NCBI GenBank assembly: GCA_041687695.1
Contig: JAWLBL010000002.1
Location: forward strand, 166,761-230,760
DNA: 64,000 bases
Source of the DNA: Myxococcota bacterium
GTDB lineage: Bacteria > Myxococcota_A > UBA9042 > PHBI01 > JAWLBL01
Direction of reading: 5' to 3'
Positions within the stretch are counted from its first letter, which is position 1. Each line of letters begins with the position of its first letter. The notes beneath the pieces are model-generated. The model was given only the letters and a program-made list of their open reading frames with translations. It was not told the DNA's origin and searched no databases. The translations under genes were made by a program, and so were the position numbers. Shown here in pieces: positions 10,570-19,992 of this stretch.

Positions 10570-12000
10570 TCAGGGCCCCGACACCCGGGGCGCCGCGGCG
10601 GGCGCCTTGCTGCCGACGATGAAGGTCTTGGCCAGGCTGGCCGACGGGATGTCGTACAGCGCGAACTCGGCCTCGTGCAGGTAGCCGAGCACCAGGGTCT
10701 GGCCGTCGGGCAGCAGGTTGACCAGATCGGGGTTGCAGCGCGACGGAGCGCCGGGCGTGCGGCACTCGAGGGTCAGGTACACGATGGCGCCGGTCTGGAC
10801 GTCGAGGCGGAACAGGCCGCCGTCGATGAGGTAGACCACCTCGCCGTCGGGGGTCATGACGTACTCGTACAGATCCACCTCGGGGCCGCTCGTCTCGCGC
10901 AGCGTGCGGGTCGCGATGTCGACCAGGACGATGCCGTCGTAGCTGGCGTCGTGCAGGACCGAGAACAACAGGACGACCTCGCCGTCGGGGGTGATCTGGT
11001 AGATCGGCATCGAGTCGCCCAGCTCCAGCAGCTCCCACGCGTGGGTCTCGACGTCGATGAACATCAGGCTGTAGGCGGCGCTGGTCTTCACGCCCACCGC
11101 GGCCAGGTCCGCCTTGCGCGCGAACCCGATCGCCGTCGCGCCGTCCGGCGAGTAGGCGACCGGGCCGAAGCCCGGCAGGTTCTTCACGAACGCCCGCTTG
11201 GTCATGTCGATGACCGAGATGGGATCCTGGTGGCAGCCGGTCGGCGCCAGCAGGGCGGTGCGGCCGTCGGGCGCGATCTCCAGCGTGCTCGCGCAGTTGG
11301 GCACCTCGAACGAGGTGTCGGCGCCGCCGCCGAACGGCTGGAACAGGGTCACCCGCGTCGTCGCCTGGCCGAGATCCTCGACCACCGCCAGCTCACCCGG
11401 GGCGTGGGTCCAGCGCACGTCGCGCACGTGCGCCTCGAAGGTCCGCACCTTCACCGCGGCCTTGCCCTCGGCCGCCAGATCGATGGCGCCGACGCGCCGC
11501 ACCACCTTGGGCTCCTCGCCTTCGACCACGGCGCCGCCGGTCCAGGACCAGACCGCCAGGCGCTGCCCCGCCGGATCGATGGTCAGGTAGCTCGCCTCGA
11601 GGTCGAGCGTCCACGAGCGCAGCTTCTTGCCGGTCGCGAGCGAGATCTCGACCACCCGGCTGTCCCCCGCGCTGGTCGAGGACACGAAGTAGCCGCGGTC
11701 CTGCCGCCCGAACACCATCCGATGCGCGCCGGCGTCGACCGCCAGCGGCACCGAGCCGAAGGTGCTCAGGTCGGCCGACCAGACGCGGGCCACCGGGTCG
11801 TCGATCTGCGCGACCAGGTAGCGGCCGTCCTCGCTGACGATGAGCGAGGTGCCCAGCACGTTGCCGTCGGGCGCGTTGCCCGGCTTCGACTCGCTCAGGC
11901 TCTTGCCGCCGATCTCGACGCACGCGGCGACCAGGGCCGCGGCCATCAGCGGCGCGACGTAGCGCCCGGTTCCCCCCATCATCTTCGTCCACAGCTTCAT
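10570..12000 (-). CDS. Lipoprotein with YncE/WD40-like beta-propeller
   Basis: Start MKLWTKMMGG after an AGGAG RBS; lipobox LVAAC; repeated (S/T)PDG blade motifs. Confidence 0.8.
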   Translation of the reverse strand: MKLWTKMMGGTGRYVAPLMAAALVAACVEIGGKSLSESKPGNAPDGNVLGTSLIVSEDGRYLVAQIDDPVARVWSADLSTFGSVPLAVDAGAHRMVFGRQDRGYFVSSTSAGDSRVVEISLATGKKLRSWTLDLEASYLTIDPAGQRLAVWSWTGGAVVEGEEPKVVRRVGAIDLAAEGKAAVKVRTFEAHVRDVRWTHAPGELAVVEDLGQATTRVTLFQPFGGGADTSFEVPNCASTLEIAPDGRTALLAPTGCHQDPISVIDMTKRAFVKNLPGFGPVAYSPDGATAIGFARKADLAAVGVKTSAAYSLMFIDVETHAWELLELGDSMPIYQITPDGEVVLLFSVLHDASYDGIVLVDIATRTLRETSGPEVDLYEYVMTPDGEVVYLIDGGLFRLDVQTGAIVYLTLECRTPGAPSRCNPDLVNLLPDGQTLVLGYLHEAEFALYDIPSASLAKTFIVGSKAPAAAPRVSGP

Positions 12001-12053
12001 ACGGTCTCTCCTGCGTTCGGGTCGCGGCGCCTTCACCGCGTGACCCGAGCCAC

Positions 12054-12069
12054 AGCAAGTCCCGTGCCG
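12054..12069 (-). promoter_or_regulatory. Sigma-54 (-24/-12) promoter of the beta-propeller lipoprotein
   Basis: Minus strand CGGCACG-GGAC-TTGCT matches YGGCACG-N4-TTGCW exactly. It is intergenic and ~54 nt upstream of the ATG. Confidence 0.75.
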
Positions 12070-12137
12070 TTCGACACCCGAGGGCGTGCGTGCGGATTGC
12101 GAGGGGTCTGGCCACGGCGCGTACGACAGCCGGGGGG

Positions 12138-13301
12138 TCAGCCCAGGTGGCGGCCGCCCTCGACGACGCGCTGGCCGTCCACCTCGACCACGTCGACCAG
12201 GCCGGGGTGGCCGGCCGTCAGCGCGGCCGCCAGCGGGTCGGGGCAGCCCTGCAGGGCGCGCGCGTCGGCGCGCAGGGTCACGCGGTCGCCGTCCGAGGGC
12301 AGGCCCAGCGACGAGTAACCGTGGTCGTGGCCGACGCGCTGGAGCACCGGGGCGACCCGGCCCTGGGCGTCGACCAGGACGCAGCGGGTGAGGGTGGCGG
12401 CGCGGGCCTGAAGCTCGGCGAGGCGCAGCTCGCTGAAGGGGTCGATGACGGCGTGGCTGTCGGAGCCGATGGCCAGCCGGACCCCGGCGGCGTGGAGGTC
12501 GGCCGTGCGCGGGACGCCGTCGCCCAGGTCCCCTTCGGTGGTCGGGCACAGGCCGACCAGGCTGCCCGAGGCGGCGAGGCGCGCCACGTCCTCGTCGTCG
12601 AGCCAGGTCGCGTGCACGGCCGTGAAGTCGGGGCCGAGCACCCCCTCGCGGGCGAGGAGGCCGACCGGAGACAGGCCGGTGGCGGCGCGGCAGGCGGCGA
12701 CCTCGGCCGGCTGCTCGCTGACGTGGGCGTGCAGCGGCAGCCCACGCGCGCGGGCGCCGGCGGCGAGCGGGCCGAGCCAGGCCTCGGGGACGGCGCGGAC
12801 GCTGTGCAGGGCCAGGCCCAGGCGGACGCGGCGGCCGTCGGCCTCGGTGGCCAGCACGTCGAGGGCGCGCCAGACGTCGTCCACGGCGCGCGACGCGAAG
12901 CGGGCCTGGGCGCCGGACAGCGGCGCGTCGAAGCCGCCGCGGGCGTAGACGGTCCACAGCAGGGTCAGCCGGACGCCGGCCTGGCGGGCGGCCCGGATGA
13001 CGGCGCGGGCGGCCGCGACCGGGTCGCCGGGCCACGGGGCGCCGTCGGGCCCGTGGTGCAGGTAGTGGAACTCGCCGACGGCGGTGTAGCCGGCCTCGAG
13101 CCCCTCTACGAAGGTCAGGCGGGCGGCGGCCTCGATGCCGGCGAGGTCGAGGGAGCCGGCGAGGGCGTACATGCGCTCGCGCCAGGTCCAGAAGGTGTCG
13201 TCACGCGCGGGGTCGCGGCGCTGCACGCCGCCGCGGAGCAGGCGTTGGAAGGCGTGCGAGTGGACGTTGGCGAAGCCGGGCAGGGCGAGGGCGGCCGGCA
13301 C
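12138..13301 (-). CDS. hutF: Formimidoylglutamate deiminase (amidohydrolase)
   Basis: PGFANVHSHAFQR, DTFWTWRERMY, VGEFHYLHH, ALHSVRAV, HVSEQ, CPTTEGDLGDG and IGSDS motifs. Confidence 0.88.
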   Translation of the reverse strand: MPAALALPGFANVHSHAFQRLLRGGVQRRDPARDDTFWTWRERMYALAGSLDLAGIEAAARLTFVEGLEAGYTAVGEFHYLHHGPDGAPWPGDPVAAARAVIRAARQAGVRLTLLWTVYARGGFDAPLSGAQARFASRAVDDVWRALDVLATEADGRRVRLGLALHSVRAVPEAWLGPLAAGARARGLPLHAHVSEQPAEVAACRAATGLSPVGLLAREGVLGPDFTAVHATWLDDEDVARLAASGSLVGLCPTTEGDLGDGVPRTADLHAAGVRLAIGSDSHAVIDPFSELRLAELQARAATLTRCVLVDAQGRVAPVLQRVGHDHGYSSLGLPSDGDRVTLRADARALQGCPDPLAAALTAGHPGLVDVVEVDGQRVVEGGRHLG

Positions 13302-13304
13302 GGC

Positions 13305-14249
13305 TCAGTCGGTGCCCGTGCGCGCGGGCTGCGAGGCGGCCGAGTGCAGATCGGGCGCGACGTAGAACGACCACTGCACCGGGCCCTCGCCGAAGCGCAG
13401 GCCGATGTGCTCGACGGTGCCGACCTCGAGCTCGGCGCCGATGCGGCTGGGCGACAGGTCGGGGTCGGTCAGGACGCCGGTGGCGCGCAGGGTGCGCTCG
13501 AGGCCGGCGATGGGCAGGTGGAAGTAGTCCAGCTTGACCGAGTCGAAGGGGTCGCCGTCGGCCACCAGCAGGCTGACGAAGGCGTCGCGGACCGGCTCGA
13601 GGCGCGGGGCGTTCGGGCTGCCCACGCCGTGCATGGCCTCGACGAAGGGGCGCCACTCGGGGCCGCGCAGGCCGAAGCGCTCGAAGGCTTGCACGAGGCG
13701 GTGGTGCAGGTCGCCCGGGGCCTCGTCGTAGGCGTGCAGGTAGACGCTGTACAGCGGGCGCTCGCCCGGGGCGACGCGGGCGCCGAACAGGCCGATGCGG
13801 TGGCTGCCGAGGAGGGCCGCGAGCTCGCGCACGGCCTCTTGCTCGGGGCCGTCCACGCCGAGCCGGCCGAGGAGATCGAGGCCGACGTCGACCTCCAGGG
13901 CCTTTCGGAAGTAGAGCCCCGCGTCCATGTGGCCGTCGTCGTCGGTGGCGAGGCGCACCAGCATCCAGTCGTCGACGGCCTGCTGCAGGCGGGCCACCTC
14001 GTCGCGGGCCGAGGCGTCGAACCCGGCTTCGACCAGGAAGTCCGCCACCCGCCGGCCGAACGCCTTGCCGCAGCCCAGCGTGAGCGCGGCCAGCTGGCGG
14101 CCGGGCATCTGGACGCCCACCTCGCCGAAGTGGCGCAGGTAGCCTTCGAAGGCCTCGCAGAAGGCGAGCAGGACCGGGCCGGGCGCGGTGCCGACGGAAG
14201 CCCCGAGCCGGTGGGCGATGGACAGGGGCGTGGGCTGGGGCGCGTTCAA
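13305..14249 (-). CDS. Hypothetical protein
   Basis: Coding-like codon pattern; stop is 3 nt from the hutF start. Start uncertain (TTG 14249 after AGGA; ORF open to 14321). Confidence 0.7.
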   Translation of the reverse strand: MNAPQPTPLSIAHRLGASVGTAPGPVLLAFCEAFEGYLRHFGEVGVQMPGRQLAALTLGCGKAFGRRVADFLVEAGFDASARDEVARLQQAVDDWMLVRLATDDDGHMDAGLYFRKALEVDVGLDLLGRLGVDGPEQEAVRELAALLGSHRIGLFGARVAPGERPLYSVYLHAYDEAPGDLHHRLVQAFERFGLRGPEWRPFVEAMHGVGSPNAPRLEPVRDAFVSLLVADGDPFDSVKLDYFHLPIAGLERTLRATGVLTDPDLSPSRIGAELEVGTVEHIGLRFGEGPVQWSFYVAPDLHSAASQPARTGTD

Positions 14250-14366
14250 CGTCGAAGTCCTGGGCCCTGGAAACGGGCGCGTACCGATCGCGAGCCTAAC
14301 CCTAGCCTCCCGCCGTTTCAACGGGGCGGACCCGGGAGGCGCCTCGTGGAGGCAGGCCGCCGCGGC

Positions 14367-16040
14367 TCAGCGGCGGCTGAGGTCGACGGTGAGGCGGCGC
14401 TCGGCGCCGGGGCTGATGCGGACGCGGTGCGTCTGGGCGCCCAGGGTGTCGTGGGTGAGGGTGACCGTGTAGGTGCCCGGGGCGAGGGCGCGCTTGAGCA
14501 CGGGCGTGACACCGAGCGGGGCGCCGTCGACGCTGACGCGGGCCCAGGGCTTGGCCGACACGGTGAGGAAGCCGTCGGCGTGGGCGGCGGGTCGGGAGGC
14601 CGAAGCGGGGGAGGGGCGAGGAGGTGGGGTCGGGGTCGGGGTCGGGGCCGGGGCCCGGACCGGTTCCGTGGCTGGTTCCGTGGCCGGTGCCGTGACCGTG
14701 GGCGTGGGCGTGGCGGGCTCCGTGGCCGTCGCCGGTTCGGAGGCCGTGGCCGCGGCCGTGGCGGGCTCCGTGGCCGGTGCCGTGGCCGTGGCGGGCTCCG
14801 CGGCGGGCTTTGTGGCCGTCGCCGGTTCGGTGGCCGTGGCCGTGGCTGGTTCCGGGGCCGTGAGCGTGGCCGGTTCGGACGGGGTGGCCGTGGCCGGCTG
14901 CGTGGGCGGGTCCGAGGCGGCCCAGAGCAGCAGGGCCACGAGGGCGACGGCGGCGGAGCAGGCCGCGAGGACGAGCGGCAGACGCGACCGCGGGGCGGCG
15001 GTGGGCAGGACGGGCCGGGGGAGGTCCGCGGGGGTCGGGAGGAGCGGCTCGGGACGCCGGGCCTCGAGGCGGTTGGGCTGGAAGTCGATGGCCGTGTCCT
15101 GGTGATCGGCGCGCAGGGCGTGCAGGACGCGGCGGGTGGTGACCTCCATGCGGCCGCGCAGGCCCAGGCGCGAGGCGGCCAGGGCGCGGCGGAAGTCCTC
15201 GACGGTGCGGAAGCGGTCGGCGGGGCGCTTGGCCATGGCCTTGAGCACCGCGCGTTCGAAGGCGCGGGGCAGCTGGTAGGGCGAGCCGGCCTCCGACAGG
15301 GGCGGCGGCGCCTCCTCGACCTGCATGCGCAGGATCTCGCGCGGGTCGGCGGCCTGGAAGGGCGGGCGGCCGGCCAGCAGCTCCCAGGTCATCAGCCCCA
15401 GCGCGTACTGGTCCGAGCGCGGGTCGACCGGCTGACCGAGGGCCTGCTCGGGGCTCATCGTGCGGGGCGTGCCGATGCGGTCGCCCAGGTCGGTCAGCTC
15501 CTGCACGCGGCGGCGGTCGGCCTCGGGGCTCTCGGCGGCGACGGTCAGCACGCCGAAGTCGATGAGCTTGACGAAGAGCGGGTCGCCCGGGACCGGCGTG
15601 ACCATGACGTTCGACCACTTGAGGTCGCGGTGGACCACGCCGACCGCGTGGGCCGCCGTCAGGGCGCGCGCCAGCTGCGAGACCACGTGGACGATGTCGT
15701 CGAGCCCCAGCGGCGGCACGCGCCCGACCAGGGTGGTCCCCGGCGCGCCCGGGATCAGCTCCATCACCAGGAAGGGCCGCCCGTCCTCGTCACGGCCGTA
15801 GTCGTAGTAGGTGACCAGGTTCGGGTGGCTCAGATCGCAGATGGCCCGCGCCTCGCGCTCGAAGCGCACCAGCGCGTCGGCGCGGCCCGCGTACTTCGCC
15901 CGCAGCACCTTCAGCGCCACCTCGCGGCCCAGCGACAGCTGCTCGGCCCGCCACACCGCCCCCATGCCGCCGCGCGACAGGAGCGACCGCAGGCGATAGC
16001 GCCCCGCGACGACCCTCCCGGGTTGGTACGGCTGGCCCAC
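14367..16040 (-). CDS. Membrane Ser/Thr protein kinase with Pro/Ala/Thr linker and C-terminal PEGA-like domain
   Basis: GGMGAV, VALK, HRDLKWSN, DFG and SPEQ; TM LVLAACSAAVALVALLLW; C-terminus LTVSAKPWARVSVDG..LGVTP..LAPGTY. Confidence 0.92.
   Translation of the reverse strand: MGQPYQPGRVVAGRYRLRSLLSRGGMGAVWRAEQLSLGREVALKVLRAKYAGRADALVRFEREARAICDLSHPNLVTYYDYGRDEDGRPFLVMELIPGAPGTTLVGRVPPLGLDDIVHVVSQLARALTAAHAVGVVHRDLKWSNVMVTPVPGDPLFVKLIDFGVLTVAAESPEADRRRVQELTDLGDRIGTPRTMSPEQALGQPVDPRSDQYALGLMTWELLAGRPPFQAADPREILRMQVEEAPPPLSEAGSPYQLPRAFERAVLKAMAKRPADRFRTVEDFRRALAASRLGLRGRMEVTTRRVLHALRADHQDTAIDFQPNRLEARRPEPLLPTPADLPRPVLPTAAPRSRLPLVLAACSAAVALVALLLWAASDPPTQPATATPSEPATLTAPEPATATATEPATATKPAAEPATATAPATEPATAAATASEPATATEPATPTPTVTAPATEPATEPVRAPAPTPTPTPPPRPSPASASRPAAHADGFLTVSAKPWARVSVDGAPLGVTPVLKRALAPGTYTVTLTHDTLGAQTHRVRISPGAERRLTVDLSRR
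14620..14905 (-). repeat. Coding low-complexity tandem repeats (EPATAT-like) in the kinase linker
   Basis: Repeated EPATATAT/EPAT units in the translation and GCCACG-rich repeats in the DNA. Confidence 0.75.
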
Positions 16041-16055
16041 CGCCGGCGACCCGGG

Positions 16056-16988
16056 CTACTCGCGCCCGCTGATGCGCTTGAGCCACCCGCGCCAGCCGCC
16101 GTCGCCGTCCGCGCCGGCCTCGACCCCCGCCTGCTCCTTGACGGCCGCCTCGAGCGCCCGGCTGAAGTACAGGACCGACGCGAACCGGTCCTCCGGGTTC
16201 TTCGACAGCGCCCGCAGCACCGCCGCGTCGAACGCCGGCGGCACGTTGTAGCCCGACGCGATGAGCGACGGCGGCGGCTCCTTGACGTGCATCGTCAGCA
16301 GCACCGCCTTGTTCTCGTCGACGAAGGGGCGCCGTCCGGCGACCAGCTCGTAGGTCATGACGCCCAGCGCGTACTGGTCGGCGCGCCCGTCCAGGGGGCG
16401 CCCCAGGATCTGCTCGGGCGCCGTGTACTCGGGCGTCCCGAGCAGCACCCCGGCGCGCGTCAGCTTGCGCTGCGGCGCGACGTGGTCGGCGAAGCGGATG
16501 ATCCCGAAGTCGATGAGCTTGACGAACAGGGGGTCGTCGTCCTGCGGGGTGATCATCACGTTCGACCACTTGAGGTCGCGGTGGATGATGCCGCGGTCGT
16601 GGGCGATGGACAGCGCCGAGCACAGCTGGCGCACGACGTGCACGATGGCGCCGAGGCTCAGCGGCGGCACGCGCCGCACCAGCTTGAAGCCCGGGTAGCC
16701 GTCGATGAGCTCCGTCACCAGGAAGGGCCGGCCCTCGTCGTCGGTCCCGTGGTCCTGATAGGCGACGATGTGCGGGTGCTTGAGGTCGCCGACCGCCTGC
16801 GCCTCGCGCTCGAAGCGCTCGACCAGGTCGTCGCGGCTCAGGTACTGGTCCAGCAGCACCTTCAGCGCCACCTCCTGACCGGAGTAGACGTGCTCGGCGC
16901 GGTGGATGGCGCCCATCGCCCCCTTGGACAGGGGCCCGACGATCCGGTACCGATTGGCGATGACGTCGCCGGGTGCATACGCGCTCAA
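16056..16988 (-). CDS. Cytoplasmic Ser/Thr protein kinase (paralog of the downstream kinase)
   Basis: KGAMGAI, VALK, HRDLKWSN, DFG, GTPEYTAPEQ and DQYALG; no TM; TTG start. Confidence 0.92.
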   Translation of the reverse strand: MSAYAPGDVIANRYRIVGPLSKGAMGAIHRAEHVYSGQEVALKVLLDQYLSRDDLVERFEREAQAVGDLKHPHIVAYQDHGTDDEGRPFLVTELIDGYPGFKLVRRVPPLSLGAIVHVVRQLCSALSIAHDRGIIHRDLKWSNVMITPQDDDPLFVKLIDFGIIRFADHVAPQRKLTRAGVLLGTPEYTAPEQILGRPLDGRADQYALGVMTYELVAGRRPFVDENKAVLLTMHVKEPPPSLIASGYNVPPAFDAAVLRALSKNPEDRFASVLYFSRALEAAVKEQAGVEAGADGDGGWRGWLKRISGRE

Positions 16989-17116
16989 GGTGGCGCTCCC
17001 TGGGTGACCCCCAGCCGGTGGACTGAAACCCGCAAGCCGCTCGACAACTTAACGCGCCCGGCCCCATCCGTCGACACCACCGCGCGGCCCTGGCCGGCGC
17101 GCCGGGGACCCCCGCC

Positions 17117-18094
17117 ATGCTCCCTGTCGCCCTGACGCTGCTGCTCGCCCTCGGCGCGCCCACCGCCGAGCCCGCCCAGGTCCTGTGGACCACCGGCGAC
17201 GTGCGCCTGCTGCCCGACGGCGCCACCCTCGAGCCGCCCCCCGCCGAGGCCCCGCCCCTCGAGCCGGTCGCGGTGGCCGACACCCTGCCCACCGAGGCCG
17301 AGCTGCTCCTCGAGGCCGACGCCGACGCCCGCGTGCTCGTCGGCGGGGCCGTGCTGGCGGTCGCCACCGGCCCGGGCCGCTTCCGCGTCGGCGCGACCGG
17401 CCTGCAGCACGTCGAGGGCGCCGGCCGCGTCCTCGCCGTCCCCCTGACCGGCTTCACCCTCGGCCCCCGCCCGCCCGCCGTCGCCGCCGACCCCACCGGC
17501 CCCGCGGAGACCGGCCCTCGCGCGCTGCGCATCACCAGCCCGCGCCACACGGCGATCACCGACCCCGACCCCACCCTGCGTTGGCGCGCCCCGGCCGGGC
17601 CGGCCCGCTTCGACTTCACCCTGTGGCGGCTCGACGCGGGCGGGCGCCAGGTGCTGATGGAGCGTTGGCGGGGGCTGGCCGGCCGCACCCACGTCCCGGC
17701 CGGGCCGCTGAAGCCGGGCGCGACCTACCGCTGGACCGTCGCCGTGCAGGGCGCGGCGTCCGACGCCGCCGGGGCCGCCGACGAGGCCTGGTTCGAGGTG
17801 CTCACCGCGGACCAGGTGCGCGAGGTCGAGGGCGCCCTCAGCGCGCTCGACGCGGCCAAGGATCGCGTGCCGCGGCCCTCCCTCGAGCTCGAGGTCCTCC
17901 GCGCCCGCCTGCTCGAGTCCCACGGCCTCCTCGCGGCCGCCGAGCAGGTCTGGCAGCAACTCGCCGACCGCGAGCCCGACCGCCCCGAGCTCCAGCGCCA
18001 GGCCCAGCGCCTCCGCCGCCGACAGCTCGGCACCCCCCGCCCCCGCCTCGACGAGCTGATGCCCTTCGGCGTCGAGCTGCCCGCGCTCCCCTGA
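17117..18094 (+). CDS. Secreted hypothetical protein (DUF928-like C-terminal half)
   Basis: Signal peptide MLPVALTLLLALGAP; 'DPTLRW...LKPGATYRWTVAV...RARLLESHGLLAAA' resembles DUF928 proteins (judged by eye). Confidence 0.65.
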   Translation: MLPVALTLLLALGAPTAEPAQVLWTTGDVRLLPDGATLEPPPAEAPPLEPVAVADTLPTEAELLLEADADARVLVGGAVLAVATGPGRFRVGATGLQHVEGAGRVLAVPLTGFTLGPRPPAVAADPTGPAETGPRALRITSPRHTAITDPDPTLRWRAPAGPARFDFTLWRLDAGGRQVLMERWRGLAGRTHVPAGPLKPGATYRWTVAVQGAASDAAGAADEAWFEVLTADQVREVEGALSALDAAKDRVPRPSLELEVLRARLLESHGLLAAAEQVWQQLADREPDRPELQRQAQRLRRRQLGTPRPRLDELMPFGVELPALP

Positions 18095-18108
18095 CACCCC
18101 GCGCCCCC

Positions 18109-19314
18109 TCACTCCCCAGCCGCCGCCTCGCCCAACCCCAACCTCCCGCCCCGGGGCGGAACGCCCCCCGCCCGCCGCGCCCCCATCTTCAGCGCCACGA
18201 ACCCACCCCCCAGCTCCTGCCGAGCCAGGAACAGGTTGTGCGCCTGACAAACCACCCGGACGTTGTCGACCGAGTGCGCTCCGCCCTTCGCGAACGCCTC
18301 GACGTGATGCAGCTCCAGCCGCCGCGTCTCCCTGCACCGCCCCCCTGGCCCCTCGAAGGTGCACCGCAGCCCATCCCGAGCGACCACTTCCCGCCTGACC
18401 TCGGCCGGAATGGCCCGCCCTCGGCCCGCCGGCCTCCGGTCCGGCTCATCGGCCGGGCCCGCTCCGTCCGCCACGGCCACGCTCTCGGCCGCCTCGGCCA
18501 CCTCATCGACCGACTCGCCGGCCTTGACGACCCGCTCGTCCGTCTCCCGCGCCTCCTTCGCCTTCTTCGACTTTGCCCTGGCCCCCACCCCGAACCGCTG
18601 CTTCTTCTTCGCGGCCAGGAAGACGTCCAGCGCCATCTCCAGCAGCGTCTCGTAATCCCCCGACGCGATGCTGTGCCCGGCGATCGCCATCACCTCCTCT
18701 AGCTTGGCGGCGACCCGCGCACCGACGGTCACTTGCACTCGATAGCGAGCCTCCGAGAGCGGCTCGACCCGATGCTCCACCTTCGGCCGCTCCAGCGTCA
18801 GCTCGTTCGGCCCCGCCTTGTCCTCAGCCGTCACCTGCTTCGCGGTCTTGGCTGCTCCGCCCCGGGACGGCGGCAGCTTGAACACCCGCGCCGGCACATC
18901 CGGCCGCGGCGACCACCGAGCCACCAGCTCGGCCAGCTCCCGCTTGCTCTTCCCGGCGGCCTCGGCCAGCCGCTCGCCGACGTTCCGCTCGTCCAGATGC
19001 GGCCCGATGACCCTCATCCCGCTCAAGCTCAGCCGCCCGTCGGCCAGCATCGCCCCCATCTGCGGCCACCGCCGCACCCACCCAACGGCTTTCACATAGT
19101 TGTAGGCCTTGTCCTCCCCAAAGCCCCACCGCGTCCGACACCACTCGAACAGCGACGAGCTCCCGTCCCGCAGGTGCAGCTCCCTCGCCTCGACCTCGGC
19201 CAGCAGCACCACCAGGTTGGCGGTCGTCCGTCGCTCCAGCTCGACCAACTCACCGACCCGACCCAGCAGCCCTTCGTCGGTCCACTTCGCCAGCGTTTCC
19301 AAGCCCTTGCTCAT
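18109..19314 (-). CDS. HNH endonuclease with DUF222-like N-terminal region
   Basis: C-terminal RDGLRCTF...CRETRRLELHHVEAFAKGGAHSVDNVRVVCQAHN; N-terminal LAEVEARELH..GSSSLFEWC. GGAGG RBS, with an extended -10 TGtTAGGCT at 19342-19350. Confidence 0.88.
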   Translation of the reverse strand: MSKGLETLAKWTDEGLLGRVGELVELERRTTANLVVLLAEVEARELHLRDGSSSLFEWCRTRWGFGEDKAYNYVKAVGWVRRWPQMGAMLADGRLSLSGMRVIGPHLDERNVGERLAEAAGKSKRELAELVARWSPRPDVPARVFKLPPSRGGAAKTAKQVTAEDKAGPNELTLERPKVEHRVEPLSEARYRVQVTVGARVAAKLEEVMAIAGHSIASGDYETLLEMALDVFLAAKKKQRFGVGARAKSKKAKEARETDERVVKAGESVDEVAEAAESVAVADGAGPADEPDRRPAGRGRAIPAEVRREVVARDGLRCTFEGPGGRCRETRRLELHHVEAFAKGGAHSVDNVRVVCQAHNLFLARQELGGGFVALKMGARRAGGVPPRGGRLGLGEAAAGE

Positions 19315-19570
19315 CCCGCAGTCCTCCCAATCGAGGCCTGCAGCCTAACACGGGGGTCCCCGTCCCCTCGCAGCACCCCCTGGACGGCCGTTCAGGCCCT
19401 CCAGACGACGCGCGACGCCCCCCATCCCTGATCAGCGCGTCGTAGAGCCCGCCAGAGCCCCCACAGCCCCCGCCCAACGGCGACCCTCGATCGCCCAGAA
19501 TCCGCCCCCGAAATCCGTCAACAACTATTTGCCCTTCCGCCCCATCCCCATGTCGATTTCTCACCCGCCC

Positions 19571-19846
19571 GCGCTGCCGCCCCGGGACGGCGACCCGGTC
19601 TGGGCCTCCCGCCCCGGGACAGCGACTCGCCCTGGGAGTACCGCCCCGGGACGACGCCCGCTCGAACTGTCGCCCCGGAAATTCGACCAGCGCTCCCGCC
19701 CCGGGACGACGACCCGCTCGTACTGTCGCCCCGGAACTTCGACCAGCGCTGCCGCCCCAGCGCTCCCGCCCCGGGCCGACGACCCGCCCCTGGGAGTCCC
19801 GATCCGCAACTTCGGCCAGCGCTCCCGCCCCGGGACGACGACCCGC
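19571..19846. repeat. Degenerate array of six ~22-28 nt repeats (core CCGCCCCGGGACGACGACCCGC) with variable interspacers
   Basis: Copies near 19571, 19605, 19640, 19690, 19760 and 19819. The core contains a CGGG-N7-CCCG mini-hairpin; two interspacers are near-identical. Confidence 0.8.
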
Positions 19847-19992
19847 CTGCCCACGCCCCGCACCGCTGATAACCCCAGGCTATCACGCCCCAGCTGCCGC
19901 ACCCCCACCGCCCCCCGCATCCCGCGACCCAGTCCGCGCCACGGGACGCGCAGCGGCCCGGACGCCCCCGTCCGGGCCGATATAGGCCACCC

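Noticed and set aside
3036..17135. Long alternative-frame ORFs (e.g. 3036..7232, 9163..12318, 12090..17135)
   Set aside because: Arg/Pro/Ala/Gly-rich shadows expected at this GC content; they overlap genes with clear motifs.
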